Assembly: GCA_028534125.1 (NCBI GenBank)
Contig: CM052816.1
Coordinates: 54,872,001-54,936,000, forward strand
DNA: 64,000 nt
Origin: Lama glama
Taxonomy: Eukaryota
Reading direction: 5' to 3'
A program made the translations under genes and the position numbers. Each line of letters starts with the position of its first letter. The first letter of the stretch is position 1. Positions 12,085 through 24,330 of the stretch are shown here, in pieces. The notes under the pieces are model-generated. The model searched no databases, had not been told where the DNA came from, and saw only the letters and a program-made list of their open reading frames with translations.

Positions 12085-12999
12085 CTGAGGGTGGGGACAC
12101 ATCCATCAGATGTCCGCTTTTCCCACCGCGGCCTGACCCAACCAGCCCATCTTTCCGAGGATTAGAACCTAAGTAGTCACTTACTGTGAACTCTGAAAAG
12201 CTGCAGTTGAATAGTAGGCAAAGGCTTGGAAATGGCAGCTTGTATTTGGAAGTCAGCCCAATCCTTGAAGCTAGTCCCCACAAGAACCTCACTACTGAGG
12301 GAGCTGGAGGTATGCGGTCATTCCTGTCTCGTGTGACTTCCCTACCAAATCCTTCCCTTCGGGACCAGCTTTGGTCCCGTCTCTTCCATGGAGCCTTCAT
12401 GTTGTTCCAGTTCCTGAGGACTTCACACCTTGGGACTCCCCACAGTGTTTAGAGCTGGGCCATGTACAGCCTGCAGGCATTGCTCTTTAATGCTCTTGGT
12501 GTGTTCGTACTGCCTCCTCGAGGAGACTAAAGCGATGTGAAGACTAGAGCAAGACTTGCTCTACTGCTGTACCCTCCCTCTGAATCAGCACCGTGGGAAA
12601 CCCCCAGGGGACACCCAGACACACTGCTGCTTAATACGGATGGTATTAGCTCTCCAAACATCCTCCCTCATCTCTTGTGCTCTGTAAAGTGTGATTCTTA
12701 AGGAAAAATAATTTCAGATATTTTTTTAAAAAATTACAGCCAAAATTCGTATGATTAAATAATTCTGTGTTAGTATGTTAGTCCTCCCTTATTCTTAGGG
12801 GATATGTTCCAAGAATCCTAGTGGGTGCCTGAAACCTTGGATAGTACCGAACATTTTATATACATTTTTTTCCTATCCATACATGTCTAAGATAAAATTA
12901 AATTTATAAGTTAGGCGTAGTAAGAAATTAACAACAATAACTAATAATAAAATAGAAAAATTGTAACTATACTATAACAAAAGTGGTCTTTCAAAATGC

Positions 13000-15400
13000 C
13001 TTTTTTTCTTCTTTCATTGTGGTGTAGTTGACTTACAATATTATATTATTTATAAGTGTACAACATAGTGATTCAGTATTTTTACAGATTATACGCCACA
13101 GTTATTACCATATGATTAACTATACTTCCTGCGCAGTACATTACCTCCTTGTGACTTCTTCATTTGATAGTTGGTAGTTTGTATCTTTTAATCCCCTTCA
13201 CTTATTTCTCCCATCCCATCCACCTCCCCTCTGGCAACCACTAGTTTATTCTCTTTATCTATGACTCTTTCGGTTTTATTTGTCATTTGTTTTGTTTTTT
13301 AGAGTCCACACATAAATGAAAACATACAGCATTTCTCTTTTTTGGTATGATTTACTTCACTCAGCATACACTTTGGAGTATAGCTTGAAGTTCAGGGAGC
13401 ATGGTATCTCCAGCTTTATTCTTTTTCTAACGATTGCTTTGGCAATTTGGGGTCTTTTGTAAGTCCATACAAATTTTAAGATTATTCTGGTGCAGTGGAA
13501 AATGCCACAGGAGTTTTGATAGGGATTGCATTGACTCTATAGATTAGTTTGGGTAGAATGGACATTTTAACAATATTAATTCTTCCAATCCATGAAAATG
13601 AAATATCTTACCATTTATGTGTGTCTTTGTTCTAGGACCCACTGTGGATACCAAAATCTGCAGACTCTCAAGTTCCACAGTCAGCCCTCTATACCCGCAG
13701 TTCCACATCTGTGCATTCAAAACCAACCTCAGATCATGTAGTACTGCTATGTATTTACCGAAACAAATTCGTGTATAAGTGGACCCACACATTCAAACCT
13801 GTGTTGTTGAAGGGTCAACTGTATTTGCCTTTACTAGTGAGATTTCTTCTTCATGTATTTTCTTATTTCTTGTTATTGCCCTTTTTGGGGGGGGGTGCTT
13901 AAAGAAGAGCCTTTAACAGTTCTTGTAAAGTCAGTTTAACGGTGATAAACTCTTAGGATTTACTGGTCTGGGCAATTCTTTCTCTTTCAGTTCTGAAGGG
14001 TAACATTGCCTGGTAGAGTATCCTTGGTTGTAGGTGTTTTTTCCTTCAAGCAATTTAAATATATCATGCAACCCCCTTCTAGACTGTAAAGTTTCTGCTG
14101 AAAACTCAGCTGATAGCCTTATGGGGTTCCTCTGAATGTGACTCTTTCTCTCTTGCTGCCTTTACATTTCTCTCTTTAACATTTGCCATTTTAGTTGCGA
14201 TATATTTTGACGTGGATCTCTTTGGGTTTATCTTGTATGGGATTCTTTGTGCTGCCTGGATCTGGATATCTGTTTCTTTTCCCAGGTTAGGGAAGTTTTC
14301 AACCACGATTTCATCAAATACGTTTTCTGCCCCTTTCTCTCCTCCTTCTAGGACCCCTATAAATGCTAATGTTAGTACAATGATGCTGTCCCAAAGGTCC
14401 CCTAAACAATTTCTATTTTTAAAATTTGTTTCTTCTTACTGTTCTGGTTGGGTGAGTTCCACTATTCTGCCTTCCAGGGTGCTTAGGTGTTCTTCCCTGT
14501 CATCTAATCTGCTGTTGATTCTTCTAGCATATTTTTCATTTCAGTCATTATATTCTTCAGTTCTGACTGATTCTTTTTTATTTTCTAATCTTTTTTCCTC
14601 TATTCTCCCAAATTCAGTGAGGATTTTTGATTGTTATTTTGGATTCTTTATTGGGTAAGTTACTGATCTCCACTTCATCAGGGTTTTTATTTTTTCACCT
14701 CCCCATAGAATTTTATCTTGTTCTTTCATTTAGAACATATTCCTCTGTCTTCTCATTTTGTTTGACTTTCTGCATTTGTCTCTATGAATTAGGCAAAACA
14801 AATCTCTCTCCCGGTCTTGATGGTGTGCCTTACATAGAAATGTCCCTATGCAGTCTGCATGTGTTGGAGCCAAAGGCGGGCTGGGAAGCATGCTTGTGAG
14901 GCCTTGGCAGGCTGGAAAGAACACTAGGCGCTTTCCAATCTCCTGTCTCTGTGCTGGGACTCAGAGCAAGTAAGTATGTGTGTGAGCCTTTTAAGAGCAG
15001 AGTTTTGGTTTCCAACAGCCCTCTGGCTCTCCTGGTAGCAAGCTCCACTGGTTTTCAAAATAAGTTAACAGGGCTCATTTTCCTGGTGTTTGTCCCCAAG
15101 GCTGGAGCACCCAATGTGGGGTTTGAACCCCTTGCTCACTAGAGAAGACCTCTGCGTTTGTGACATCACTTTCCGCTTGTGGGTCACCTGCTGGGGGTGT
15201 AGGTCCTGCCTAGATCACTTCTCTTCCCCTTCTATTGTCTTGATGTGATTTTTCCTCTATATCCTTCATTGCAGAAGAGCTGTTCTAGTCTTCAAGTCAT
15301 TCTCAGAGAGACTTGTTCTATATGTAATTGTAGTTTTGGTGTGACTGTTGGAGGAAGCGAGCCCAGGGTCTTCCTACTCTGCCGTCTTGATCTTGTCTCC
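13000..15400 (-). mobile_element. Internally deleted L1 (5' UTR, degenerate ORF1, short ORF2 piece, 3' UTR)
   Basis: ORF 14106..14306 (ENFPNLGKETDIQIQAAQRIPYKINPKRST...KAAREK) is L1 ORF1p-like. ORF2 end motifs lie at 13370-13620 and the 3' UTR at 13000-13370. Confidence 0.85.
13630..13823 (-). mobile_element. MER8/Tigger2-type DNA transposon fragment
   Basis: Ends gtataagtggacccacacattcaaacctgtgttgttgaagggtcaactgta, the reverse complement of the Tigger2 terminus CAGTTGACCCTTGAACAACAC, plus TA. Confidence 0.8.
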
Positions 15401-15469
15401 TTAAAATGTTTTATTGTACAAACTGAATGCCATTTCCATCTTAACTAAGCACTTATCATGACAGTTTGA

Positions 15470-15720
15470 GGTGAATCAGTAAGATACTAACTAATAGATA
15501 TAAAATAGATAAACAACAAGTTTCTACTATATAGCACAGGGAACTATACTCAATATCTTATAGTAACTTATGGTGAAAAAAATATGAACACAAATATATG
15601 TATGTTCAAGTATGACTGAAGCATTATGCTGTACACCAGAAATTGACACAACATTGTAAACTGACGATATTTCTCTAAAAAAATATATAGACAATAAAAA
15701 CAAACAAACAAAAACAAACT
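15470..15720 (+). mobile_element. 5'-truncated L1 3' end
   Basis: tataaaatagataaacaacaag...tatagcacagggaactatactcaatatct...gctgtacaccagaaattgacacaacattgtaaa, followed by an A-rich tail. Confidence 0.85.
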
Positions 15721-17899
15721 AGCACGAATTTCTTTTTCCTTCTTCACAATTTCATGGATAGATGATTTATTCTTACTGTAGATCTTAGTAACCTCACCAA
15801 ACAATTTTTGTTTCTTTCCTTATTAATCAAGAACTTTCACCTTTTCACTTAAAGAAAACACTTTACAGTTTCTCTTTGGCGTATTCAGATTGCCAGCATC
15901 ACTACTCTTGTGCTTTGGGGGCTATTATTAAATAAAGTAAGGGTGATGAACACAAACATTGCAATACCATGATGACTGATATGATAACTGAAATGGCTAC
16001 TAAGTGACTAACAGGCAGGATACACTGGACAAAAGGATGATCCATGTTCCAGGTATGATGGTGCAAGATTTCATTATGCTACTCAAAATGGCATGCAATT
16101 TAAAAGTTATGAATTGTTTATTTTTGGAATTTTCCATCTAATATTTTCAGACCACAGTTGACTATAAGTAACTGAAACTGCAGAAAACAAAACTGTGAAT
16201 GTGGAGGAGGGAGCACTGTAGCATTTAAGCTTAAAAAAAAAAAAAAGGGCCCTGATCACAGAAATGCCTTGGTTTACATTATCTGACCCAACCAGAAGCG
16301 CTGTGACGTCTCTACCAGTTGTAATTGTTCAGATTACAACGACCTGAACTTTAGTGACCAAACTGAGGGTGCTCAGAACAGTAGATGCAGCATAGTTTCC
16401 AGAAAACAGAAATAGAACTGCTGACCAAATGGAAGAATGAGTGATGAACTTTGCCACCAAGCAACAGCAAACTGAACAGAACCAGCAGGATTTTGCCCTA
16501 CCATGAAGGCTTCAGGGTAGTAGAAATAATACAGACTCACACATTTCTACAGCCTTTCGAGGATTAGCCTGTCTCCCTAAGACATGACTAGACTACAGCT
16601 AAGATTATTCCAACCCTTCCTAACATGACAATCTACTGTCGCTACATTCACAAGGAGCTACGCTCAATGACCTTTCTACTGAAACACATCATTCAATAGC
16701 AGGAAATACTTACAACTAACACAATTTTTTCATGCCCCACGCCTACAAAACTTATACTAATTCTAAAGAACCCTAAGAACCCCAAAAACTTTTTCCTATT
16801 CTTAGAATTAGTACAATAAATGAAAGAATTCCAGAAGGCAAGGTCAGTGGTCGTTTGTCATGTCTGCTGTTCTGTTAAAGTCATCCAAGGCCTTTCAGCT
16901 GTGTCTCTGATTACTCTGAAAAGGATTTTTGCTTCACCTTTGAAAACTCTGTTATATGACAACAGGATGGTAAAATATTGCCAGAAAATCATATCCTTTA
17001 AAAGTACTCTTAATTAACCACTCTTTTACACTCTCTGCATTTAACAAAGTCTCAAGCATATAGGTAATGAATGGAATGCATGTACCAAACCCTGAAGTTA
17101 AATGGCTGCAGTTCAAACAAAGCTGAAGCCTCTGACAACAGATGTGACATTACCACCAAAGTTGTCACTACTGTCATTACTATAGCTGCTATGAATGCAG
17201 ACACTTTAACATTTTAATAAGCTCTATGGTTGAGGGAACACTTGTCAAGTAGTTACACTGACATTTTAAAGCACACAATTGTCTCGTCATGTCACTCAAA
17301 TATGCTTTAGAGAATGTTTTCAAGACTACTTTTAGTTCTACCGGACTATCAGTTTTCCAACGGGGAGAAATGAAAAACTTCAGAATAATTCTAGTCTACG
17401 TATTGAAAGCCATCAAACATTGCAATGACCTTCAGAATTTCAGCTGGTTATGCATTAGTATAGATCACCTCATGCCATTTGTTTAAAAGTGGGGGAAAAA
17501 AAAAGTACAGCCAATTTGCCGTCAGGAAATTATGTCACCGAGTAAAGTACTAAACCATTTATATAAGACATTTTATTTAACGTGAAAAAGAAATCAATTT
17601 TAGTGGTTATAAACGTTTCAAAAATAAAGGATGGCAGAAAGCTCGGCAGCTATTTCCTCACTAAGCTCGTGCACCTCAGATGTGTTACGGGCAATATTAA
17701 TGTCTTCCCGTAATTCACTTCTGTCAAGCATAATGAAATTCTCAGCTTTCAAACAGAGCAGAAAGAGAAACCTGCAATTGTGCTTCAATGCATCATCACT
17801 AACATGCTCAAAATTTAATAAAAACAAAAGAATAGGAACTTCCATCTCAAAATTGTAAAATGTTCCCTAAAAAAAAAAAAAACAACTTATCCCATGCCA

Positions 17900-18075
17900 A
17901 TGGAGGGAAAGTGCTTAATGCGTAAGAGGTCTTATTTTGGGTGATGGAAATGTTTTGGAACTATATAAAAGCAGTGTTTGCACAACATTGTGAATGCACT
18001 GAATGCCACTGAATTGTTCTTTTTTAAATGATTAATTTCTAGACTGCGAATTTCACCTCAGTAAATTATTTAAAT
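17900..18075 (+). mobile_element. L1 (L1MB-like) extreme 3' fragment
   Basis: tttgggtgatggaaatgttttggaacta...cacaacattgtgaatgcactgaatgccactgaattg. Confidence 0.75.
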
Positions 18076-19229
18076 GAAAAAATTTAAAAAATTTTTTAAA
18101 ATCTAAAAAAAGTTACCCCAGAGCTCTTAGCAGTTGTCTGTAGAGGTAAATTCTCAAGCCCACTCAGTTGTTAACTCCTAGACGTTTATATCCCTGGGCC
18201 TCCCTGATTCCTGTTTGAAACCTTTAGAATATGTCTCTACCAGCAACTTAGGAGCAAACTCCTGGGCAACACCTATAGATGTGCATTTCCTTGAAGGTGG
18301 TAAGAGCAATAAAGAACATGCAAAGCTCATCTAGGTGGTTGCATTGAGGGCAGAGTTTAGGACTATTGAAATTAGTGGGTCCAAGTTCAAGGCTGGCAGA
18401 CAATTTACATGCTTTCTTAAATAGGCCAACGGGTCTTTGATGTATTAGTTTTCTGGGTATATATGGTTATTTTGGTTAACCTGGGGATATAAATGTCAAA
18501 TAGAATTCCTTACTGCCTCAAGTAAAAATAAAATTTTATTAGAGAGAGAAAAATGATTAATAAAGAGATTAATGTACCTAAACTTGCATATGCTTATTTT
18601 AATTACCCAAGCTTGCTGTTCTTTACAGTCACACAACTAAACTAGGTACCAAGAAGCATCGTCCTGTGTGAGTCCATAGAGTCTCAGGGATATGGGATTC
18701 AAACCTGCCACCAGGTGATTTCAAAGGCCTGTCAAGTCTTACTTACTTACACCAAAGTTACACAAGCTGTAAGAAAACAATTTTTACAAACTGCTGACTA
18801 ATGACTGGGAAGTAATGAAAAGCAGAGTTGTCAATAATAGCTTTTACACTTTCAGTCGAATGCCATCACATCATCATGGGCAAGGAACGGCAATCTTTAA
18901 GTCATTATCTTTACTAAATAACCTTCAAGATTAGCTCAGTCAGGACAAATATGACATACACTGTACCTATGATGAAACAGGAAGGTCCAGTCAACTAGCT
19001 TCAAGATACTTGGAGATACTTTGCATGGACTAGGGCCAAGATCAACAGAAAAGCTCCAAGGGAAACTCAGATGATGCACCAGAATTAAGAGCAACAGTGA
19101 CATTTAGTGGATTTTTCATCACATAAGGCAGTTTTACAAGAATACAAGTTGAGAGTTTTGCTGAGTATCAGACAAGGAAAACTTGCACCTTCAACAAGCA
19201 TGGTTTCCCTCGTACAGTCTGTTACTTAC

Positions 19230-19317
19230 TGTTGACTTTATTGACATTGTCTTGGATTTCTGCTTGTGTCAACAATTCTTCATATGCGTCTCTTTCTTCT
19301 TCTGAAATACAGTTGTT
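19230..19317 (-). CDS. IQGAP2: IQGAP2 exon 9 (88 nt): NNCISEEERDAYEELLTQAEIQDNVNKVN
   Basis: Acceptor ttgcag|AAC and donor AAC A|gtaagt. Confidence 0.97.
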
Positions 19318-19619
19318 CTGCAAAACAAAGTCTTCACTGATTCCTGAGGTTCAGTGTTTCCAAAGCTCAATATTCAAAAGCAAAAACTTAAAGAGTGATG
19401 AAAAACCATCCACTAATATTCATGTGAATTCAATACAAGCATTTAAGAGTGCCTGCTTTGTGCGGGGCACTAGGGCTAGACATGCCAGCAAGGATTACAA
19501 AGATGAACAACAGACCCAGTGACTTTCTGAAAAAGCCTAACTGTCTAATGTGGAAAACATTAGATTGGACCACTTGATACTGGCATTTTTTGAAGATCAA
19601 AACCAGTTGAATATTGGCA

Positions 19620-19805
19620 GGGGGGAGGGTATAGTTCTGTGGTAGAGTACATGCTTAGCATGCACAAGAGCCTGGATTCAATCCCCAGTATCTCTGATAA
19701 AAAAAAAAACAAAAACAAACCTAATTACCTCTCGCCCCAAAAAATGAAAAAAAAATTAATAAAAAAGAATGATTAAAAAAACTAGTCTATGTGAAGCTTT
19801 AAAAT
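19620..19805 (+). mobile_element. tRNA-derived camelid SINE (vic-1 type) with TSD
   Basis: ggggagggtatagttctgtggtagagtacatgcttagcatgcac...ggattcaatcccc. TSD at 19601-19619 and 19806-19824 (17 of 19 bases match). Confidence 0.9.
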
Positions 19806-21413
19806 AAACAGCTGAATATTGGCAATTTCGTTTGATTCAGTCTAACAAAATCAAGAACATAAATAACAAATAGACACAGTAGAAAAGAATATATTCTAGA
19901 AAAGTACATACTTGCTTGGAAAGAAAAATCTAAAGAGACAACAATGGAGGAGGGCCTAGAGGAACGGAGTAATGTTCAAGGCAGAGAGGAGAGGAAGGCT
20001 GTAGACAGAAGGGTTTGGCCACAAAGGTGGGAAAGCTTGGCACGTTGGGCTATCGCACAGAGTGTGTGTCCAGGGTTAGCTAAAAAGATGGGGAGGTAGG
20101 CTGGGTATCCTGGAGGGCTTTTAAAGTCAACTGAAGGACCTGTACTTAACTCGGTAGGCAGCAGGAAATCGGGGGAGTTTCTGGGGGGATGACATCCGAT
20201 CTATAACTAAAGATGAATTTTGCAACCTGTCGTCCTGAGAAGCGTTGGCTTGGAGAGTGACCGGAAGCAGGGAGATCCATGGGGAGGGGCTGCAGGAGTC
20301 CTGAGACCAGGTCAGGAGGGGCAGGGCCGAGGCAAGAGTAGTGACATAAGAAGGTGGGTGATGGAGGTAAGCCTGGCAAGGAAAGGCAACAGAACACAGA
20401 GAAGGATAGGGCCGAAGGGACATAAAGAGAACTCCGAAACAACGTGGGAGCCATTCCAAAGGGAAGTCAGCAAGGGGCACGTGTGTGAGCAGGGCCGGGG
20501 AGAGATGAGCACCCTTCTGATGTGATGGGGGCAAAGCCAGGGGAACCCAGAGATGAAGGCATCCGGAGGAGCTTTAGTGGGGCCTGGGACCAAGATGGCA
20601 GCTCACTTCTTCACCACCACCTCCATGGAGGAAGAACAGAGACAGGAGTGATTCAACATCAGACTTGGGAGAACCTCCATCTTTAGAGGGAGGAAGAAGA
20701 GACATTGAGAGATGCTGAGGAGAAGCATGTAAGGCGAGGGGCGGACAGTGGAAGGTGGGCGGGGCAGGGAGGGGCAAGTGTGCAGGATTCAGGCAGAAGC
20801 CACCCACTGAGAAAAGATTAAGATCAAGTGGTTACTCTGGGTAATGGGGCTGAAGCTGACAGGGCAAGAGTTTCAGGAGAGGCAGGTTGGCAAGGAAGTG
20901 GCATCTCTGACTGCAAAGTTTTCAGTAAGACAGGAAAGCAGGAAATGAAGTCAGGGTCAGGATCAGCTTGCCTTGTCAAGGAGGGAAACCACCTCCTCAA
21001 ATACAAAGGTAAACTACGGGACAAGCACGAGGAGAGAGGATTCCAAGACACCTTCTCTAAACATCACCATACCCAAGTATCAGCCTTCACCAATAGACCT
21101 GAAGGTAAGTTGGCTAATACAAGGTCTGCTGGCGGGTGATGCCCAACGAGAGAACTTTAGCTGCTGCTTCTACACCTTCCAGGTTAAGTTTACAACATCC
21201 TCGCCACCTGTAATAGTCATCATAAAAGGAAACCTCATTCCCCTACAGAGTGCCTGGCGGTCTTTCATTCCACCCAAACCAACTGCCTGTGGCTACAGAG
21301 GCCACAGCCAGTTGATTTAAAAATATCCCTTTGTAACATTAAAGCTTTTCCAAATTGGCAACGCATCACCAAATTTATTCCTGTATTTATCACTCAGAAT
21401 CGAATTAAATTAC

Positions 21414-21592
21414 CTTCAGCCTCGCATTTTCCTCTTTTCTCTTTTTGGCTTCCCAGAGTTCCTTCTGATACTCCTGCGCGAGGTTGTCATCCACTAAAGT
21501 TAACATTGCATTTGGGTTTCTTAGCGTTACAATGGTCTGCTCTGCTATTCCTTTTTCAATAGCTTCATTTATGGCTATAACAGCAGCATGTA
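21414..21592 (-). CDS. IQGAP2: IQGAP2 exon 8 (179 nt): (L)HAAVIAINEAIEKGIAEQTIVTLRNPNAMLTLVDDNLAQEYQKELWEAKKRKEENARLK
   Basis: Acceptor ctgcag|TA CAT and donor AAG|gtaatt. It lies inside ORF 21405..21629. Confidence 0.97.
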
Positions 21593-22250
21593 CTGCAGAG
21601 CACAGAGAAAAAAAGAATTTTATTGGCAAAAGACAACATGGACAGGTGTACTGACCCTGTGTAACTTAGGCAGTTTTGCTTTCTTCCTTGGGGCCCCAAA
21701 AAGCATGCTAACGAAGAAACTTCAGGCACATCACAGAACATCCCTCTGACAACCTCTCCACCCGCCTGTCCATCCTGGGTCCCATCTCAGCATCTTCATG
21801 TAATCCTTATTCATTTATTCAACTTGCACTCACTGTCTAAAATGGAACAAGCACTATGGCAACCACTGGGGTCTTGAAGGGTGACATGGACACTTTGAAA
21901 GTACCACGTTGCTTCTAAGAGATGCCTGTAATTTAACTTGTAACATGGACACTGTATGTTGCCATTGAAATCTACGGACATGGAAAGCAGAGCAATGTTT
22001 TGGAGAATGAAGATATTTCCGGAACCTCTTAAATCCCATTGCACAAGTGCATGTCTAGAGTCCAAAGTCAATTACTTGGTTATGTTCTGATGTGCTCAAA
22101 TTAACCATCTACCACACATAAAATAAAAACTTCTAGGGTGCTGAGAGTATCTTCTAAATGTTCTATTTCTTATAACCAAAATCTTGTCACCAAAATAAAG
22201 AAGAGGTCTAAGTCATGTCATTGGCACGTTTGGATCTTAAGTAGACTTAC

Positions 22251-22364
22251 GTGCAGCCTCATCCACCGACAGTTCATTAGCCAGAATACCACCTATTTTG
22301 CTGAAAGCTGGCATCTGTATTCCATATTTCTCGAGCTCCTTTCTCATATTACTGATTTCCTCCT
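22251..22364 (-). CDS. IQGAP2: IQGAP2 exon 7 (114 nt): (E)EEISNMRKELEKYGIQMPAFSKIGGILANELSVDEAA
   Basis: Acceptor tttcag|AG GAG and donor GCA C|gtaagt. Confidence 0.97.
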
Positions 22365-22464
22365 CTGAAAAAAGAATGACAACAAAAATCACCGAAAGCC
22401 ATAGAGATGGAGGCAGGAGTAAGTATATTCATGTTAAGAAATGTCTTCATCAAGAGGACAGGGT

Positions 22465-22745
22465 TGACACAGGAAACTAGCTTACGGTTACCAGTGGGGA
22501 AGGGGGTTGGAAGGGATAAACTGGGAGTTCAAGATTTACAGACACTACCATATATAAAATAGATAAGTTTCTACTGTATAGCACAGGAAACTATATTCAG
22601 TATTTTGTAGTACCCTATAATGAAAAAGAATATGGAAAGGAATATATGTATGTTCATGTATGGCTGAAACACTATGCTGTACACCAGAAATGGACACAAC
22701 ATTGTAAACTGACTATACTTCAATGAAAAAATTAGAAAAAATTTA
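22465..22745 (+). mobile_element. 5'-truncated L1 3' end
   Basis: Same family as 15470-15720 (ctactgtatagcacaggaaactatattcag...gctgtacaccagaaatggacacaacattgtaaactgactatacttcaat). Confidence 0.85.
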
Positions 22746-22979
22746 CAGAAAGATGAGGTCATTTCTAAACAAGAATCTTAGGAAGAAGCCAGCCTCAGTT
22801 TCTCATTCCATAAACGTGGAAAAAAGGAAACCCAGTAGAGTACGAGCAAGATAACAAGTTTTGTCCTCTGATCAATATAAAGGAAAAAAAGAGAATCAAT
22901 AATACCAGAATGAAAAAAACTATTGCTACATTTTCTTCAAAACCATATTGTAAAAAATTACCAAGATAAAGAATAGTAC

Positions 22980-23047
22980 CTGTAAAATCTACTTTGCCCA
23001 ACAAATCCTGGATCTGGGGTGCTATTCCTAGTTTGAACAGATATAAA
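22980..23047 (-). CDS. IQGAP2: IQGAP2 exon 6 (68 nt): (S)LYLFKLGIAPQIQDLLGKVDFT
   Basis: Acceptor tttcag|T TTA and donor ACA G|gtacta. Confidence 0.97.
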
Positions 23048-23139
23048 CTGAAAGAGAAAACATGAAATTATCAGAAATTTTATCATAAATCTTAGTGTTA
23101 GAACACACATAAGTCTTAAGGGGTTTTTCAGTTGAGAAA

Positions 23140-23275
23140 CACCCAAGAGATCATCTCATTCAATCCATTCATTTTACAGATGAAGAAACTGAGTCCCGAG
23201 GTAACACAGTCCCTAGTGGGACCAGGACTAGAATCCCAGTCAATGTCCCGAAGACTGGTCCTCTGTAATACACAG
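23140..23275 (-). mobile_element. MIR fragment
   Basis: MIR core cattttacagatgaagaaactgag. Confidence 0.65.
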
Positions 23276-24184
23276 TGCTTCCACTGGGTCAACTAACCTA
23301 ACCATCAAATTGCAGGGAGAATAAGGGACACAATTAACACAAAATAGCAAGTAACAAACGCAATAAACATTTCTTTGGATACTGCTTACATGGTTTTATT
23401 TTGTTTACACTTTAGCTCAAATTATGTTTTCCTTTTCATTCCTATATATGCCTCCAAGTACCATATACCTCTTGAGGAAATATTGATTTTATACACTCTG
23501 AACCAATAAATTGAGTAACAAGACTATTAGTGGATGGAATGATGTTAAAAACAGATGTGGGCTTATTACTAAGTGGAAGATGCAGAGGAAAGTGTATATG
23601 TTTTTAACAAAAATTGTTAGGAAGTAATGATGGTACCCCAGTAACCTGCCCATAACCTCACCCAAGGAGCTGAAGTCTGACCCCTAAATTCAACCAAAGA
23701 AGATGAAAATATATGGTATGTGATTTCTCACTTTGTCACTGAGTCATAGTTTCTGTTCCATATTTACCTTAGCTTCAAGGTCCCAAGACTAATTCTACAG
23801 CCCAACTGAAAAATTCTGTATTTACTTAGTATCAGTTTTGATAGATTTATAATTTATGAGATTTTAATTAGAACTCAGAAATTACACATAACATATATGG
23901 GAAAATGAACTGAGCATGATTTTGATGGCTTAAAATATTTCAAGATTGTCACCTGAGATAATGATGTGAGATGAATCTCACGGGTTTATAAAATACAAAA
24001 TTTCATTAAAGGAGTTCAAGATCAAGCCTTCTCAATGGTATTAAAACAAACTCCTAAAATGTGTGATTAATCAATGTAAGCAGCGTGTATTAAAATTGGA
24101 TTTTTTTAGATCATTTCTGTAAAACTCTATTAAAAAATCATTTAGAAAAGCAATACACGATCAAAGTTAAAAATCAGTGATGAA

Positions 24185-24330
24185 GGAGAGGGCTCAGCTC
24201 AAGTGGCAGAGTGCATGCTTAGCACGAACAAGGTCCTGGGTTCAATCCCCAGTACCTCCTCTAAAAGTAAATAAAGAGATAAACCTAATTACCTCCCTCC
24301 CCCCGCAAAAGTAAGTAAATAAATTTTAAA
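24185..24330 (+). mobile_element. tRNA-derived camelid SINE (vic-1 type)
   Basis: agctcaagtggcagagtgcatgcttagcacgaacaaggtcctgggttcaatccccagtacctcc...aaacctaattacctccc. Confidence 0.88.

Larger units (their letters stand above)
12778..16220 (-). mobile_element. MER44/Tigger7-type DNA transposon split by nested insertions
   Basis: Terminal segments gtcctcccttattcttaggggatatgttccaaga...gatagtaccgaac (left) and cagaccacagttgactataagtaactgaaactgc...gcactgta (right). Internal pieces lie at about 15400-15460 and 15720-16140. Confidence 0.75.

Noticed and set aside
21810..22040. Possible ancient DNA-transposon relic; also an LTR-like stretch at about 24700-25320
   Set aside because: I could not assign the family or termini with confidence.
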